Positions 9,943 to 23,141 of a DNA stretch of 64,000 nt are shown piece after piece. The DNA comes from Octopus sinensis. Its lineage: Eukaryota. The DNA is taken from contig NC_043001.1 in NCBI RefSeq assembly GCF_006345805.1, positions 64,294,001 to 64,358,000 of the forward strand. The letters run 5' to 3'. The notes under the pieces are model-generated. The model had not been told where the DNA came from. It saw only the letters and a program-made list of their open reading frames with translations, and ran no database searches. Within the stretch, counting starts at the first letter, position 1. Each line of letters begins with the position of its first letter. A program made the position numbers and the translations under genes.

Positions 9943-12295
9943 CATCATCATCATCATCATTTAACGTCTATTGTCCATGCTGGCATGGGTTGAACAGTTT
10001 GACTAGGCTGCACCAGACTTCAGTCTGATTTGGCATGGTTTTCTATGGCTGGATGTCCTTTCTAATGCCAACCACTCTGAGAGTGTAATGGGTGCTTTTA
10101 CATGTCACCAGCATGGATGCCATTTGCTTGACTCCGGTATCTGTCACGACTGTGATTTTGCTCAGTTTGATGGGTCTTCTTCTCCAGCATGACATAATAC
10201 CAAAGGTCTTGGTCATTGCCTCCGTGAGGCCTAACACTCAAAAGGAACTCTGTCACTTTGCCTCCATGAAGCCCAACACTCGAAAGGAACTCAGCCACTT
10301 TGCCTATGTGAGGCCCAACATTCAAAAGTTGATATTTTATGTCCCACCAGCATGGGTGCACTTGACTTGATGGGTCCTCCTAAGCAGAGCACATCACCAA
10401 AGGTCTCGGTCACTAATCATTGCCTCTGTGAGGTTCAAAGTTCAAAGATCATGCTTCACCACCTTGTCCCATGTCTTCCTGGGTCTACCTCTACCACAGT
10501 TAGAGATCAGCACTTCTTTACACAGTTGTCCTCATCCATATGCATCACATGACCATACCAATGCAGTCATCTCTCTTGCACACCACATCTGATTCCTCTT
10601 ATGCCTAACTTTTCTCTCAAGATGCTTACACTCTGTCAAACATGCACATCCAGCGAAGCATACTGACTTCATTTCTCTCAAGCCTACACATGTCCTCAGC
10701 TGTTTTAGCCCATGTTTCACTGTCATGCAGTATATCTCTTCGCACATGGGCATCAAACAATCTGCCTTTCACTGTCAGAGAGAGGCCCTTTGTAGCCAGT
10801 CAGGGTGGGAGCTCTCTGAACTTTGTCCAAACTAATTTTATTCTCACAGCTATGCTCTCAGAGCATCCACCTCCACTACTAACCTGATCACCTAGAACCC
10901 AAAATCTATCTACTGCCTCTAGCTTGCCCCACTGGCTGTTCATGGAGTCTATTTCCTGCACATGTTCAGCATTTATTATGTCTGTGCACATAAGTTAGTT
11001 TCTCTGTTAAATCTCCTTTGATGTTACTGCACCATTTGTGTGTCCAAAGCTTACACAGAGTGCATCTTATGGAGTTTCTACCTACACCTTTTCTACAGAT
11101 TGAGCAGGGCCATCTACCAGAGGGGATTTGGGATTTGTCTGCCTTCCTACTTACTATGACTTCGGTTTTTGCTAGATTAACTCTAAGGATCTTTGATTCT
11201 AGACATTGTTTCCATACCTGGAACTTCTTCTCTAGTTCAGGTAGTGATTCAACTATAAGAGCAAAGTCATCAGCATTGAGGACCTCCCAGGGGCATCCTG
11301 TCTTGAATTCCTCTGTTATTGCCTGGAGGTCTATGATGAACAAGTATGGGTTGAGCACCGATCCTTGGTGAATCTCTACTTGTACCCTGAATTTTTCACT
11401 GTACTTATTGCCCACCCTCACCTAAACGGTAGCATCCCTGTACAAGGCTTGTACAGCTCTCACTAACCATTCATCTATCCCTAGTTTCTGCATTGACCAC
11501 CAGATAAAGGAATGAAGGACTCTGTCAAAAGCTTTCTCCAAGTCAACAAAAGTCAAGTACAGAGGTTTATCTTTGGCTAGGTATTTCTCCTGCAGTTGCT
11601 TTACCAGAAATATAGCATCGGTCGTGCTTTTCCCTGGCACAGAACCAAACTGCATCTCATCTAGACTAACTCTCACCTTGATTAGTTGGGCTATTCTCTC
11701 TCCGCAACTTTCATCACCTGATCCAACAATTTTATACCTCTGTAATTATTTTTATCTACGGCATCACCTTTGCCTTTGTAGCAGTTGACTATGGTTACAC
11801 CAGTCATTGGGTATGACTCCTTCATGAACTACCTGATTTACAATACAGGTGACTAGACCATAACCCACACTGCCAGATATTTTAAGCATCTCAGCAGTGA
11901 TTCCTGATGGGCCAGGGGATTTCCTTGTCATCATATCCTTAATTGCTTTATCTACCAGGGTATTGTCAATATGGGTTGCTGGTCCCTCAGTTGGGTCAAC
12001 ATTTGGCAGACTCTCCTCCTATCATTCATTCTCCACATTCAATTTTCTTTCATAATGAGTCTTTCTTTGCAGACTCATTAAAAGCAAGAGCACCATCATT
12101 TATGCAGACACATTTCTCTCCTATGACATCACAATTTTCTCTTACACTCTCTTGCAATCTGAAATACTTCAGTTTGTTGGTCCTCACCATGCTGAACATA
12201 GGCAAACTTCTTTTCTGCTTTTCCCTTGGCTAGATATACCTGTCTCCTAGGTTCACTTCTGGCTATCTGATACAGTTCCCTGTTGCCCCCACTTT
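9943..12295 (-). mobile_element. 5'-truncated RTE LINE, decayed
   Basis: ORFs 11422-11676, 10966-11421 (RT, PHD), 10800-10991; (CAT)n tail at 9943-9960. Confidence 0.92.
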
Positions 12296-13355
12296 TTGAG
12301 GCCATAACAGAGAAATTCAGACTGGTACCCCTGGGAGCTCCTCTACACTGATGATCTTGTTCTTATAGCTGAATCATTACCTGACCCAGTGAAGAAATTT
12401 CAGGTGTAGAAGCAAGGTCTGGAATCTAAGGGCCTTAGAGTTAATTTAGCAAAGACCAAAGTCTTAGCACATAGGAAAAAATCATAAGCCCCTTCTGGGC
12501 GATGGTCCTGTTTAATGTGTAATATGGGTGTTCATAGAAACTTCATACCTTTTACTCAGTGCAAGCTTTGAACACATAAGAGGTATAGTGGTATCACGAG
12601 CAGGTTAAAGAATATAGTTTTTGTGTGTGACAAATGTGTAGGTACAATAGACATTAAAAATGCTCAGACAACAGATTCCCTCAAATGCTCAGAGAGATCA
12701 TTAGAAATAGTAGACAGCTTTTGTTATCTAGGTGACCAAGTTAGTAGTGGTGGAAGAAGTTCTGAAAGTGTTGTTGCTAGGATAAGAATGGGCTGGGCAA
12801 AGTTCAGAGAGTATCTACCTATGTTGGTAATTAAGCGCTTCCCCTCAGAGTGAAAGGCAAATTGTATGGTGCCTGTGTGCATACAGCTATGTTACATAGC
12901 AGTGAAACATGGGCTTTGACTACAGAGGATATGTGAAGGCTTGAAATAAATGAAGCTAACCTGCTCTGCTGGATGGGTAATTTCAATGTGCATGCACAAC
13001 AGAGTGTAGAGGATTTAAAAAGAAAACTATGTATAAGAGGCATCAGATGTAATGTGCAAGAGAGAAGACTGTGCTGGTTTGGTCTTGTGACGTATATGGA
13101 TGAGGACAGCTGCATAAAGAAGAGCAAAGCTCTAATTGTGAAGGGTACCTGCTGAAGTGATAGACCCAGGAAGAGGTGGGATGAAGTGGTGATAAAAGAT
13201 CTTTGGATGCTGGGCTTCACTGAGGAAATGATAAGGGACTGGCAGGTGTGGCAATTTGCTGTACTTGATAAGATGCATCAAGCTAAGTAAAATCACTGTC
13301 TTCCACACATACAGGCTTGTCCTTTAAGGTGATGGTGCCACTTAAAAAGCACCTG
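12296..13355 (+). mobile_element. RTE C-terminal fragment (diverged subfamily)
   Basis: PWELLYTDD, FCYLGDQV, QERRLCWFG motifs. Confidence 0.85.
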
Positions 13356-13364
13356 TACCACTGA

Positions 13365-13937
13365 AAGACAATATTCACCCTCACTTATAGACAAGGGAAT
13401 TAAGCATGCCAAGAAATTAGACATAAAAACACTAAGGAAAACAAAGCATAACACCACACCTCATCTCAAAACATCACTGTTTATATCAACCCACAACCTT
13501 AGAAACAGTGAGGCATACAAAACTATTGTGCAAAATCTCCTAGAGATCCAAAAATGAACATCCTGAAAATGCATAAACTCATCAAATGCAAAAAGCAACA
13601 CAAATCGCTAAAGAGACTTCTAACAAATGCGAAGCTTTACAAAACAATCACGAAGCCAACGGTTAAAAAATGCAGATGCCCAAACTGTGGAACATGCCCC
13701 AACCTACTTGAAAGCTCAGATTTTCTTTTCAAACAAGGAGAGTGGTTCACAAATAAAACCAATTTCACTTGTGCCTCTGAGAACCTAATTTATGTAATAA
13801 CCTGCTCAGGTTGTGGACAACACTATATTGGACAGACAAGTATGATTTTGAGACCGAGAACTATTCTACATAAAGAGCAGATCCAGTTCCCACAATACAG
13901 ACAAATTCCTCTAGGTGAACACATTGAGAAATTCTAA
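13365..13937 (+). pseudogene. Penelope-like element linker zinc motif plus GIY-YIG endonuclease fragment
   Basis: KCRCPNCGTC...FTCASENLIYVITCSGCGQHYIGQT...LHKEQI. Confidence 0.85.
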
Positions 13938-14461
13938 CCATAAAACATCCTGTCTTGGTGAAGTTTTACGAGGTCTACCAGTTTTGGGTTTAGCATCTGT
14001 TGATCCTGATGACTTAAAACAATTCGTTGTACAACACTTCTAGACCTTCCTACAATAGTTGCTATCACAGGTAAAGGCACACAGTCCTTTGTTTTTCATC
14101 ACAGGACACTGGTCGTCTCTCACAAGCTGCCATGTTGACAGTTGAATGTGCCAATAATGTAAGATCATAAGAAGTAACTGTTAGCTCATTAACAGTCTTC
14201 TGAACTACAACTACCTCAGTCAGTAGTACATTTTTTCTAAGTGACCCTTAACTTTTGACCATTGCAATATGGAAGACTGTTTGTTTACTTCATCATAACT
14301 TACGAAATATTTATTCCATTCACTTGAAATTTTCACGAAAGATAGATATTAGATGTATCTAAATATGTGTAAAATATCTAGTCTCAACGTTTTGTTAATC
14401 TTCTATAATAATTACTTCAATACACTTGTTCTTATTGACCCTTATATTATGGCCGCTACTG
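13938..14461 (-). mobile_element. Tc1-like transposon 5' fragment
   Basis: Minus end TA|CAGTAGCGGCCATAAT; HTH linker FKSSGSTDAKPKTGRPRKTSPRQD. Confidence 0.7.
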
Positions 14462-14599
14462 TATGTACATATGTATGTATGTATGTACGTGGCAGTTTGA
14501 AAATACCACCACTGTAATGTTATCCGTTGGGTATTGGTTTAACAAGTTGTTCTCACGTCAGGTTGACTCCATAATTGTTGGGTGAAGAGACAATGTCGG

Positions 14600-15130
14600 C
14601 GATGGTAGTTGTTGATAGCAGTGTGTAGCAGACAGATGTCACCCACTGTGTTCGATAGCAGTTAGATGGCTGTGCAGTAATATTCAACTCAACTTTTAAG
14701 ATTTTAAAGTTTGTTGTAGCAGTGGGTTACATACAATGTTAATGTCTTGTATAAGATTTCTGTAAAGAAGTAAGTTGTGTTTTATAGAGATGTCTATAGT
14801 GTGATAGCAGTGTATGTGTGAGGACAATTGATGTACTTTGTGTATATAGAAAGAGACTTGTTAGAAGTGTTTCTAGAAAAGCTTGAGAGATGATGGCATT
14901 GAGTTTGATCGATTCTGCTGTCACACGTGGAAGAAGGGTTGTTCTTGTGTGTGGGACACCAGTGCAAATGTGATAGAAGCAAACTACAAACCAGGAGTCC
15001 TTTAGAGAAACAAAGTGAAAGGAACTCGATTAAACATGACCGCAGCCACATTATATAAGTGACAATCAAACATAGTTGAGAGAGCCTGATCACATATAGT
15101 AGAGGGAGCCTATTTATTCGGCCAGTCACA
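14600..15130 (-). mobile_element. Possible PLE N-terminal ORF remnant
   Basis: YIMWLRSCLIE...FSKGL resembles the HxxFLxxC...PKG N-terminal motif of PLE ORFs; weak. Confidence 0.3.
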
Positions 15131-15231
15131 GACCGAACAGAGCTGTAGACTTAGTGTCGTTTGAGCCTACCTTGAAGATTAGAAATGTATGTTTTAAACC
15201 AACGCTAGTACAGACATGCTCCATATATATA

Positions 15232-16068
15232 TCTCTATATATATAAAACTGAGAATGTGTGTCTGTCTGTGTGTTTCCCTAAAACTTGAGAACTACACAA
15301 CCAATTTCATTCAACTTTTACACATGCCTTACTTAAGGTCCATGTAGTTTCATGGGCAAAAAAAAAATGTTCAACTTCTTGCCATAGCAATATCATATCT
15401 TCTCCACTATTTCAGTATTACGTGTTAAAAGTGAAACAAAAACATTTCTCTATTTTATGTCAGATACTTTCACTTTAACAATAAAAATAATAATAACAAT
15501 TGAATTATATGTAGTAAGTAATAATTAAAATCAAACTAAAGTATAATATAATCGCAACATAACAAAAGTAAAAATAGCAATTGGTATAAAATAGCATCAA
15601 TGACTTGAACTTGAATAAGTGGTTTCACATGAATGGGAATAAATTAAAAATAAAATTCGAAAATTGTCTTGGTAAATTTGCCACAATAGAAGCAAGGTTC
15701 GAGTCAACGGTTGCAAAGTGAAAATATTTTATTTTTACCTTTATATTTGGGACGTAGGACGTCCCGGATAAAAATTTAAAATGTCCTCCCAGAAGTAGAG
15801 GTAGGCTGGATAGTAGCCACACTTCTATACAAGAGGGAGGACAAGATACAATTGATCGAAATTGCAAGAGATGGGCCTACAATTCCAGTCTGTTATATAT
15901 TTTGAGTATTGTTATCACTAGCGATATCAAGATATAACTTTGTATTTTGTATTTTATGTGTAGATGTATATATATAGATGTACATGTAATATGTATACAT
16001 ATATATATACACATATATATATATATGCATTAGCACTATGACCCAGCAACGACGGGTCATAATGCTAG
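15232..16068 (+). mobile_element. Non-autonomous Helitron
   Basis: A|TCTCTATATATATAAAA 5' end; 3' hairpin TAGCACTATGACCC/GGGTCATAATGCTAG|T; second copy at 38639-40239. Confidence 0.85.
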
Positions 16069-16103
<35 letters not shown>

Positions 16104-16143
16104 TAGTGGAGTAGGCCGGTTTATGGGGTTGCTTTGGAAAGGA

Positions 16144-16420
16144 GTCCCGGATAGGAGATACGTGACATCACTGGCCAGCCATATCTGGCAATTACGAGAT
16201 GAGGAGATTCCATATTTGATCGCATGAAAAATACTCGAGAATCTAGGCCCCTACCTAAACGGGACAAAACGGTGCAAATTATGCATTGCTGAGTGCACAA
16301 GGATCCTTTTGGACCACTGCCCTTGCTTTTTTGTCTGAAGATGTTAATAGAGGTATGAGATACCTAAAAAATTGTCATTCCACAGGATCCATCTTAAGCC
16401 GAAGTGTTGCTCATATACTT
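16144..16420 (+). mobile_element. PLE GIY-YIG C-terminal remnant and 3' end
   Basis: TSLASHIWQLRDEEIPYLIA*KILENLGPYLNGTKRCKLCIAE; followed by CTGAAGA...CGAAG hammerhead-like remnant. Confidence 0.7.
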
Positions 16421-16497
16421 TGTTAGTGGCTCATCAATGAAGAGTTCATCAATGTTATTTGTAGCTACAAGAATTCCTTTATAACTTGTGTGTTGCT

Positions 16498-16928
16498 CAA
16501 GAGAGACGATTGTGCTGGTATGGTCGTGTGGTGGGAATGGATGAGGATAGCTGTGTGAAAAAGTGCCACACCCTAGTGGTTGAGGGAACCTGTGGAAGAG
16601 ATAGACCCAGGAAAACCTGGGATGAGGTGGTGAAGTACGACCTTCAAACATTAGGCCTCACCGAGACAATGACTAGTGACTGAGACCTTTGGAAATATGT
16701 TGTGTGTGAGAAGACCCGGCAAGACAAGTGAGACCATAACCTGTGGCCTTTACCAGGAGTGTAGCCAGCCCACTTACGCATACCTTTCCTTTGGGCACAA
16801 AACTCTGCTTACAAAGACCTGTTGAGGCAAGTGAAATCAAAATCGAACCAAATTCGACTAGCACCCATATCAACCTTCCTTCATTGGACACTAAACTCTG
16901 CTTGGAGCAAGTGAAATCAAAATTGAAC
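16498..16928 (+). mobile_element. RTE fragment duplicated from 23913-24343
   Basis: Gap-free 431-bp match, about 11 mismatches by eye, shared stop codon, no tail. Confidence 0.85.
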
Positions 16929-16942
16929 AGCGCTACGGAAAA

Positions 16943-17360
16943 TGGGATTTTTTTCTAGTGGTGTCAAATGAAAATGTCACCCATAATTATAACCCTAGTA
17001 TCGATCTATTGAATTTCAATCTATTTTAGATTTAGGGTTAGAATTAGGGTTAGGGTTAGGGGTGGGGGAAGGGTATCTTTTTATCTTCGCAAATGTAAAT
17101 AAACCCAATCTGTTTCTTAAACGAGGGACATATTCATATAGAACGGAATGTTTTCACCCCAAATGGAGGTCAGCGATTGGTTAAAATTGCCGAAATGCTT
17201 GAAATTAAAGTGGAAATATGTTACAACATATAGAATTTTCTCAATAAAGCCAAGAAAAAATGATGTTTTATAAACACATTCTACCAGTATATGAAGTTTA
17301 AAAGTGTTTAGTTAACTAGTAATTGTGTTGACGCGTGCCGTTCAAAAGGAAAAGATCCCA
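16943..17360. mobile_element. Small MITE-like element containing TTAGGG repeats
   Basis: TGGGATTTTTT...GAAAAGATCCCA short inverted ends; TTAGGG copies at ~17031-17061. Confidence 0.5.
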
Positions 17361-17529
17361 GTTATGAGAGCGTCCCCAACTTTTCAACCCAAGGTGGTGA
17401 ACTGTTGTTTTTTTCTTTTTCGTTTTTCTTTGTAATTTTTTCAATTGTGTTCTGTTTTGACGTCCAATTTTCTAATTTAATTTTGTAAAACGGTAAACAC
17501 TGTGAAGGCAATACAGTACATCTCTCTCT

Positions 17530-19938
17530 CTCTCCATACGTATATATAAAACAGTCCTTGGACGAAAATTGTATGCACATTTTGCTTTGACGGTTATTGG
17601 CGGCTAAACCGAAGCTAGGATCGAGCTGAAAATTGGTAGGGATACTAAATGCATGGTGAGGACGAGACCCGCGATGGTTAAAATTCGCAAGCTATAAAGA
17701 TGTGGTTGCTATGGCAAAAAGACCGATTTTTTTTATCGATTCAAGGGGGCCCAGAACCCCTCTAGGTATGTGCGATTGGCTTTTAATGCTCAGCGGCATG
17801 CACTGCAGGCTGTTTGTCCTTAATAAACATACATTTTGTCGCGAAATTCCGGCTACCAGTAAACGATTTTTCATTGTGAAAAAACGAGTGCTTTTTGCCC
17901 TCATTTAAAAAAAATCTTTTTATAAAAGTGAAAGGATTTCGTCTATTTCTGCTCTCCACTTACAATGGTGGTTCAGTTGACTAGGAAAACTATACGTGAT
18001 GAATATCCAATACCAAACTATCTTAATCTACACATTGAAACTGCATTAAACTTTGGCAAGCTTACCTTTACCTATTCTGAGTTCCCTTCCCTCTCTTCTG
18101 ATTGTTGATACCTTATTTTTTTACCTTTGATACCGTTGCTTCACTTTAAGGATGCTTCTTTACCCAGACATTATGATATTTCGACTGCTGTCCATTGTTT
18201 CAAATAAGTTTTAGTATTGTCATTCTTGCCTTTTTTGAACACATATGATTCATCCCAAAGAATCAACCTTTAAATAAGAGTTTTGCTTCTACTAGCGAAA
18301 GCTATGCGTATCTTTCAGGAAGCTCCATACCAATTTAACTTCATGCAGCATTCGCTGTGGGAAGATAGAATAAAGGGGCTTTTGTTAGCTTTTCTCTCTG
18401 AAAGAAACAGCCCCCTTTGCTGTTGAAAAAAATAAACTCGCAGAGGGGAAGTTTCAACATCTTCCTTCAATTTCCTTACACCATTTATGTGGCTGTTTCT
18501 GACAAGAAATTTCGCTTTCATGTAAAACAACTATATTTTGTAGTCATTATCCATAATCTACTCCCAAAACACTTCAGTAGATCTACTTTACATGGCTTGC
18601 AAACTTATATGCTCTATGATAATCAAAGTGCAACGACCTCCACAATAACCAGCCTTCAATTTGATTTTCCGTTCCTAGTATAAAAAATAGGATCACATGC
18701 GGTCGTATCGTATAGGGAATACAATCGCACGCGACCCCATTCTTAATGATTTATTACTGACCATATAATACATACAGCGGCAAAACACAAGTAGAATGAC
18801 AAACAGATTTCTTTTTGAGATATATACATTATTTATTTTACATATTTTACAATCATGCTGGTTGGAAATTTGTAAGTGTTAGCATGTTTTTGTGTGTGTG
18901 TTCGTGAGGCATAAAAAGTACTGACCAGAGGAATAACAATGGAATTTGGTTCACAGTTCATGTTGTTGGTATCAGCCTAGCAACAGGTAGTAGCAGATGG
19001 CTTAAGGTAGTTCTTAGAAGAACTAGGACTCAAGACAGATAATTGATTTACCGTTTATGAGGTACACGGAGGGTAAGAGTTCCATATCAAGATGTTGCAT
19101 CTCGTAGTTGAGATTAATTGAATCACTTGTTGTGTTTATCTTTCTCTTGATATGAATATACTTCCAGATATATTAACTGTAGCCGTTTTTCCCGTGGTGA
19201 TATTTTCACCTAACTGCTATAGTTGAATCTGTAGTTGTCTTGTGTACAAATTAAACCTTAGTAGATAGAGACGATGTTTGGCGATGAGTTGTGTCTGTCG
19301 CTTGGTTTTTGCTGCGTCTTCATTATATATTCTGCTTGGTTATTTTTCTCTAGTTATAGATATCCTGTGACCGTTCTTTTCATGGTGATATTTTCACACT
19401 AACAGTATGAGAGGTATCTGTAACATCTTGTATTAATGGTGGTCGCCTGCCTTTCGAACTGGAACATGGTCGAGTATGCTCTGTGTGGTCAGAGGTTAGC
19501 CCTGAGAAGGACTTGAACCAAAGACGGATATTTGTCTGAGAACCCTTCTTTATATAAAGTTTATGTGACTCAAAACGAACTTCAGAAATGGAAAGCTTTG
19601 ATTGGCTGTTTGGAACAATGGCGCGAAAATAAGCGGAGGCAAATCGCGTCACGTGACAACCAGCGGTGCGAACGTAGTAGAGACCATGTGTCAGCCAATC
19701 GAATTAGTGTTTACAACAATGTTAAACTAGCCGAAGATGTTTGTAATCTCGAACGAGATTATTCTTAATACTTTCCTCAAACAGTGAAGACAGCAATGAG
19801 GGAACGATATTGCTACACTAGGTTAATCGGAAACAGATTGCCACTCTACACATAAACCATCTCGGTAGTTCAATTATTTGGTGAAAAAATACTACGAAAG
19901 CAACTTAAACTGCCCAAAGGACGGGTGCGTTTGCTAAT
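17530..19938 (+). mobile_element. Possible non-autonomous Helitron (~2.4 kb)
   Basis: Helitron-like 5' (TC..TATATATAAAA..GATCGAGCTGAAAATTGG) and 3' (CCCAAAGGACGGG..TGCTAA|T) ends; whether the two ends belong together is inferred. Confidence 0.4.
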
Positions 19939-20199
19939 ATATATATATATATATATATATGGTTGTTATATTTTTTTGATAACATAATAGGTTAGATAGG
20001 ATGCTGTCTATATTACAATAATAATATGTTGTGCATGTATAGTAATATTACGATCATGAAATTAGCATTAGCCTATCCCACTGTTTCTCGCGGAACCCCC
20101 AGGAACCTTTTGCGGAATACAGGTTGAGAAACGTTGGTGTAAGGTGTTTCAGTCTGTGCATGCCATGAATTGTCAGTAAATGACTATTATTTGTCTTAC

Positions 20200-20520
20200 C
20201 TAAATTGAATAAAAAGGTTTCTTTTCACCTATGTGCAGTCATAAATTGTGTAAAGTCATGTGCTACCAGTTAATTATTGACTTAAAATATTTTTGCTTCA
20301 TTACTTTAATTATAGTATTTAAACAGAAGGTGACTTTTTCCAGTGACTATTTTCTGTGAGTTTCCTTCGGAACATCGTACCAGATTTGGGTCTGATCGAA
20401 ACTCGTTTTTAAACTGGTAAAAAGAAAGAAAAAAATACTAGAATGTAAAAATTAATGTTTTACCGTCAGTATTGAAAAAGTACTTTCAAACTGATCACGT
20501 CAAAAATGCGACAGGACTTT
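20200..20520 (-). promoter_or_regulatory. Candidate non-coding first exon / promoter of a minus-strand gene
   Basis: AG|GTAAGA donor at 20200/20199; CpG-retaining unique sequence; TCACGTCA at ~20495. Confidence 0.3.
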
Positions 20521-20560
20521 CTTCTTATACTTTATACACACATATAAATTCTATTTTCAA

Positions 20561-20753
20561 CAGGCACAAGGCCTGAAATTTTATGGGGAGGGGACTAGTC
20601 AATTATATCAACCCCAGTTATCAACTGATACTTATTTTTATCGCTCCCGAAAGGATGAAAGTTGATCGCAGTGGCATTCGAATACAGAACGTAGAGCAAG
20701 AAATGTCGCTAAGCACTTTGACCGGCTCGATAACGTTTTTGCCAGCTTGCCAC
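20561..20753 (-). mobile_element. tRNA-derived SINE
   Basis: Box A/B-like motifs; body CTTTCATCCTTTCGGG..GATAAAATAAGTA; 3' AAATTTCAGGCCTTGTGCC; related copy at 21445-21570. Confidence 0.7.
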
Positions 20754-21239
20754 TTGCATACAAATATAAATTCTTATCATTTAATGTATACATTATTTAA
20801 AATAAAAGATTCTCATATTTTCTTGCCATAAAGACACAAATTAAGCAGATTTATTTAACGTGTCTTGTGTCTCCAAGCAATCCAGATGTAAATTCTTATG
20901 TACAATCAGAATTGTTTAAAAAGAATTATCATCTTTAAGCAAATGTAAAGTTTTGTTTTCATTTGTGTTTAAATTCAATAGTTGTGATTTATTTATTTTT
21001 CATCTAAGAAGTATTTTCAATATTCGCAAGCCATTACAACAGCATTCTGATTTATCTCCCATGTTAAAAAAAAAAGAAATTGCTTTTTAAATAAATATCT
21101 TACGCTTCAAATCTTCATATTTAGCAGTATTCCGGAGAATAAAAAATATATATAAATCTCAGAATATAAAAAAATTAGAGGAAAAGTTGTGTGTGAGTGA
21201 GAGAAAGAGTGTGTGTGTGTGTGTGTGTGTGTGTTCATA

Positions 21240-21366
21240 TCACGTGATTAAAGTTAACGTCTGCTTTGTTGAAACATTTTTCTGTATATTGCGCGTGTAT
21301 CCGAATGTTAGTGAATAAGATTGACTTACACGAAGCGCTCCGCGAGAAGAAAAACTGACTGTAAGT
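21240..21366 (+). promoter_or_regulatory. Candidate promoter / non-coding first exon of a plus-strand gene
   Basis: E-box TCACGTGA 21240-21247; CpG cluster; donor ACT|GTAAGT at 21360/21361. Confidence 0.4.
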
Positions 21367-21444
21367 TTTGGTCTGATGTATATTTTAAAAGTTAATGAAA
21401 ATAATTATAATTTTAGGGTTCACTAAATTTGATTTTACTTTTGC

Positions 21445-21570
21445 TTCGTTCAAATTCCGCTGGGTTCGACTTTGCCTTTCGTCCTTTTGCAGTCGATAAA
21501 ATAAATATCAATCGAGTACTTAGACCCCCCCCCCGTAAAATTTAGGGCCTTGTGCTATAGTAGAATTATT
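21445..21570 (+). mobile_element. SINE fragment
   Basis: GTTCAAATTCC box B, CGACTTTGCCTTTCGTCC body, GGCCTTGTGC end. Confidence 0.65.
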
Positions 21571-21584
21571 ATTTATTGCTTGAA

Positions 21585-22302
21585 GCGGGGCTAATGCAGT
21601 TTCGCACCTCTCCTTGAAAAATGCATTTTTTAAAAAAGTTTTTTTTTTTTCAGATTCCTACGTTTTAGATGTCGGAGATAATAAATATGCAAAGCGAAAA
21701 AAAAAAATGTTACCCCCCCCCCCAACCACTACCACTACTCCCCCCTCCCATTTAAAATTTTGAACTTTTTCGAAATTTTTCCCCTTGTGTTTTAGATGAC
21801 TGGAGACTCCGGATATGCAAGAAACTACGTTTTGAAATTTTTTAATTCAATAAGCATATAGATAGGTGTATAAAGAGATAAATATGTCTTCCTGGGGCTA
21901 AAAACAACTATATATATGAAAAAGTTCAAAATTTAAAATTGGGGGAGGGGGTGAAATTTGAGCCTCTTAATAAACTCTATAACATAATTTTTAAATATTG
22001 TTTGTTTCTCATAAAATGGTGTATATTTAATTTACATCATATTATTTATGATTATTTAAGGCAAACACAAGTAAAACGCAAATTCTTTTCACTTTAATGT
22101 TGTGATTTCGATTTGCATATGTTCGTCAATTCGCTACGATATCTTCAAAGTAAAAATCAAAAATTTAAATTGGTGGTGGTGGGGTGAAATTTTTTTTTGT
22201 ATATTCTTAATCTCCGACACCTAAAACGTAGGAACCTGAAAAAAACAAAACAAAAAAAAAACGCATTTTTCAAGGAGAGGTGCGAAACTGCATTAGCCTC
22301 CT
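21585..22302. mobile_element. MITE with long TIRs (Kolobok-like, degenerate TTAA TSD)
   Basis: GGCTAATGCAGTTTCGCACCTCTCCTTGAAAAATGC... inverted at 22263-22298, pairing continues >100 bp; flanks TGAA / CTAA. Confidence 0.8.
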
Positions 22303-23141
22303 CTAAGCTACGTATTCCTTACATTAAAATAATTTGTTCCGATTTTGAACACTCGTACTTAATATTTCACGACTAGGACACAACTGTATTTTGCAGTGAA
22401 AGGTATCGTTATGAAGACCTATCTTTCCTTGTTAGTAATTTGATTGAAAAAAAAAATTGTCTGAAACACCCACTCACCACACACATATATGAAACAAAAA
22501 TAAGGCACTCTACGTTTGTATCATGTACTGATAATTAAATTTGAAAGTATACGTTAACGAAACTAAAGTAGTTTCAGCTTTTGGTACAAGCTTAACGAAT
22601 TTAAGACAAGGGAGCCAATCGCATGCTCAAAAGGCCAAGTCGACTTCGGTCGATTGTGAATAAGTGAGTAATTACTGCATTAGACTTCAATTTTAATGTG
22701 TGATGTTAAGCCTGAAATATTTAGTGTACCTAAGTACTCTGCAGTGAATTCTGAAAAGGTAGGGGATGCTATTTAAATTTTTTCTATCTTTTTGGAGAAT
22801 CCCTGAAAAGTTTTGGTTAGTGTCACAAAACAACGATATAAACTTTTTGCGATTTCGATTTTGGCAACCCACCAAAATAGGGGTAAATACTAATTTAGTC
22901 AATTTAAAACCACATAGTGTATGTAAATATATATAATTTTAGCTTAGCATGAGTTTTTTAATACGCTGAATTCAAAAATAGCATTAATTTTGCAAGTTGA
23001 TTTTTCCAAGATGGCGGCGAAAATACAATTTTTTAAAGAATGTCATGTGATATGTCTTTATATATGTTTTTGATGTCATAGAACACGAATTTGATGTGCA
23101 ATAAACAGTTTAATAACAAATAATTAATTTAATTTTACCGT

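Noticed and set aside
9943-13355. Twin-priming inversion of a single LINE
   Set aside because: Both arms contain the same RT/C-terminal region and are diverged, so they are two separate elements
15625-15867. Duplicated 80-aa ORF (also 38834-39052) as a small gene
   Set aside because: Lies within two copies of the same Helitron, non-ATG start, no recognisable domain
23007-23018. YY1-like CAAGATGGCGGC as a promoter or start codon
   Set aside because: Context looks like DNA-transposon subterminal sequence; no donor or sustained ORF follows
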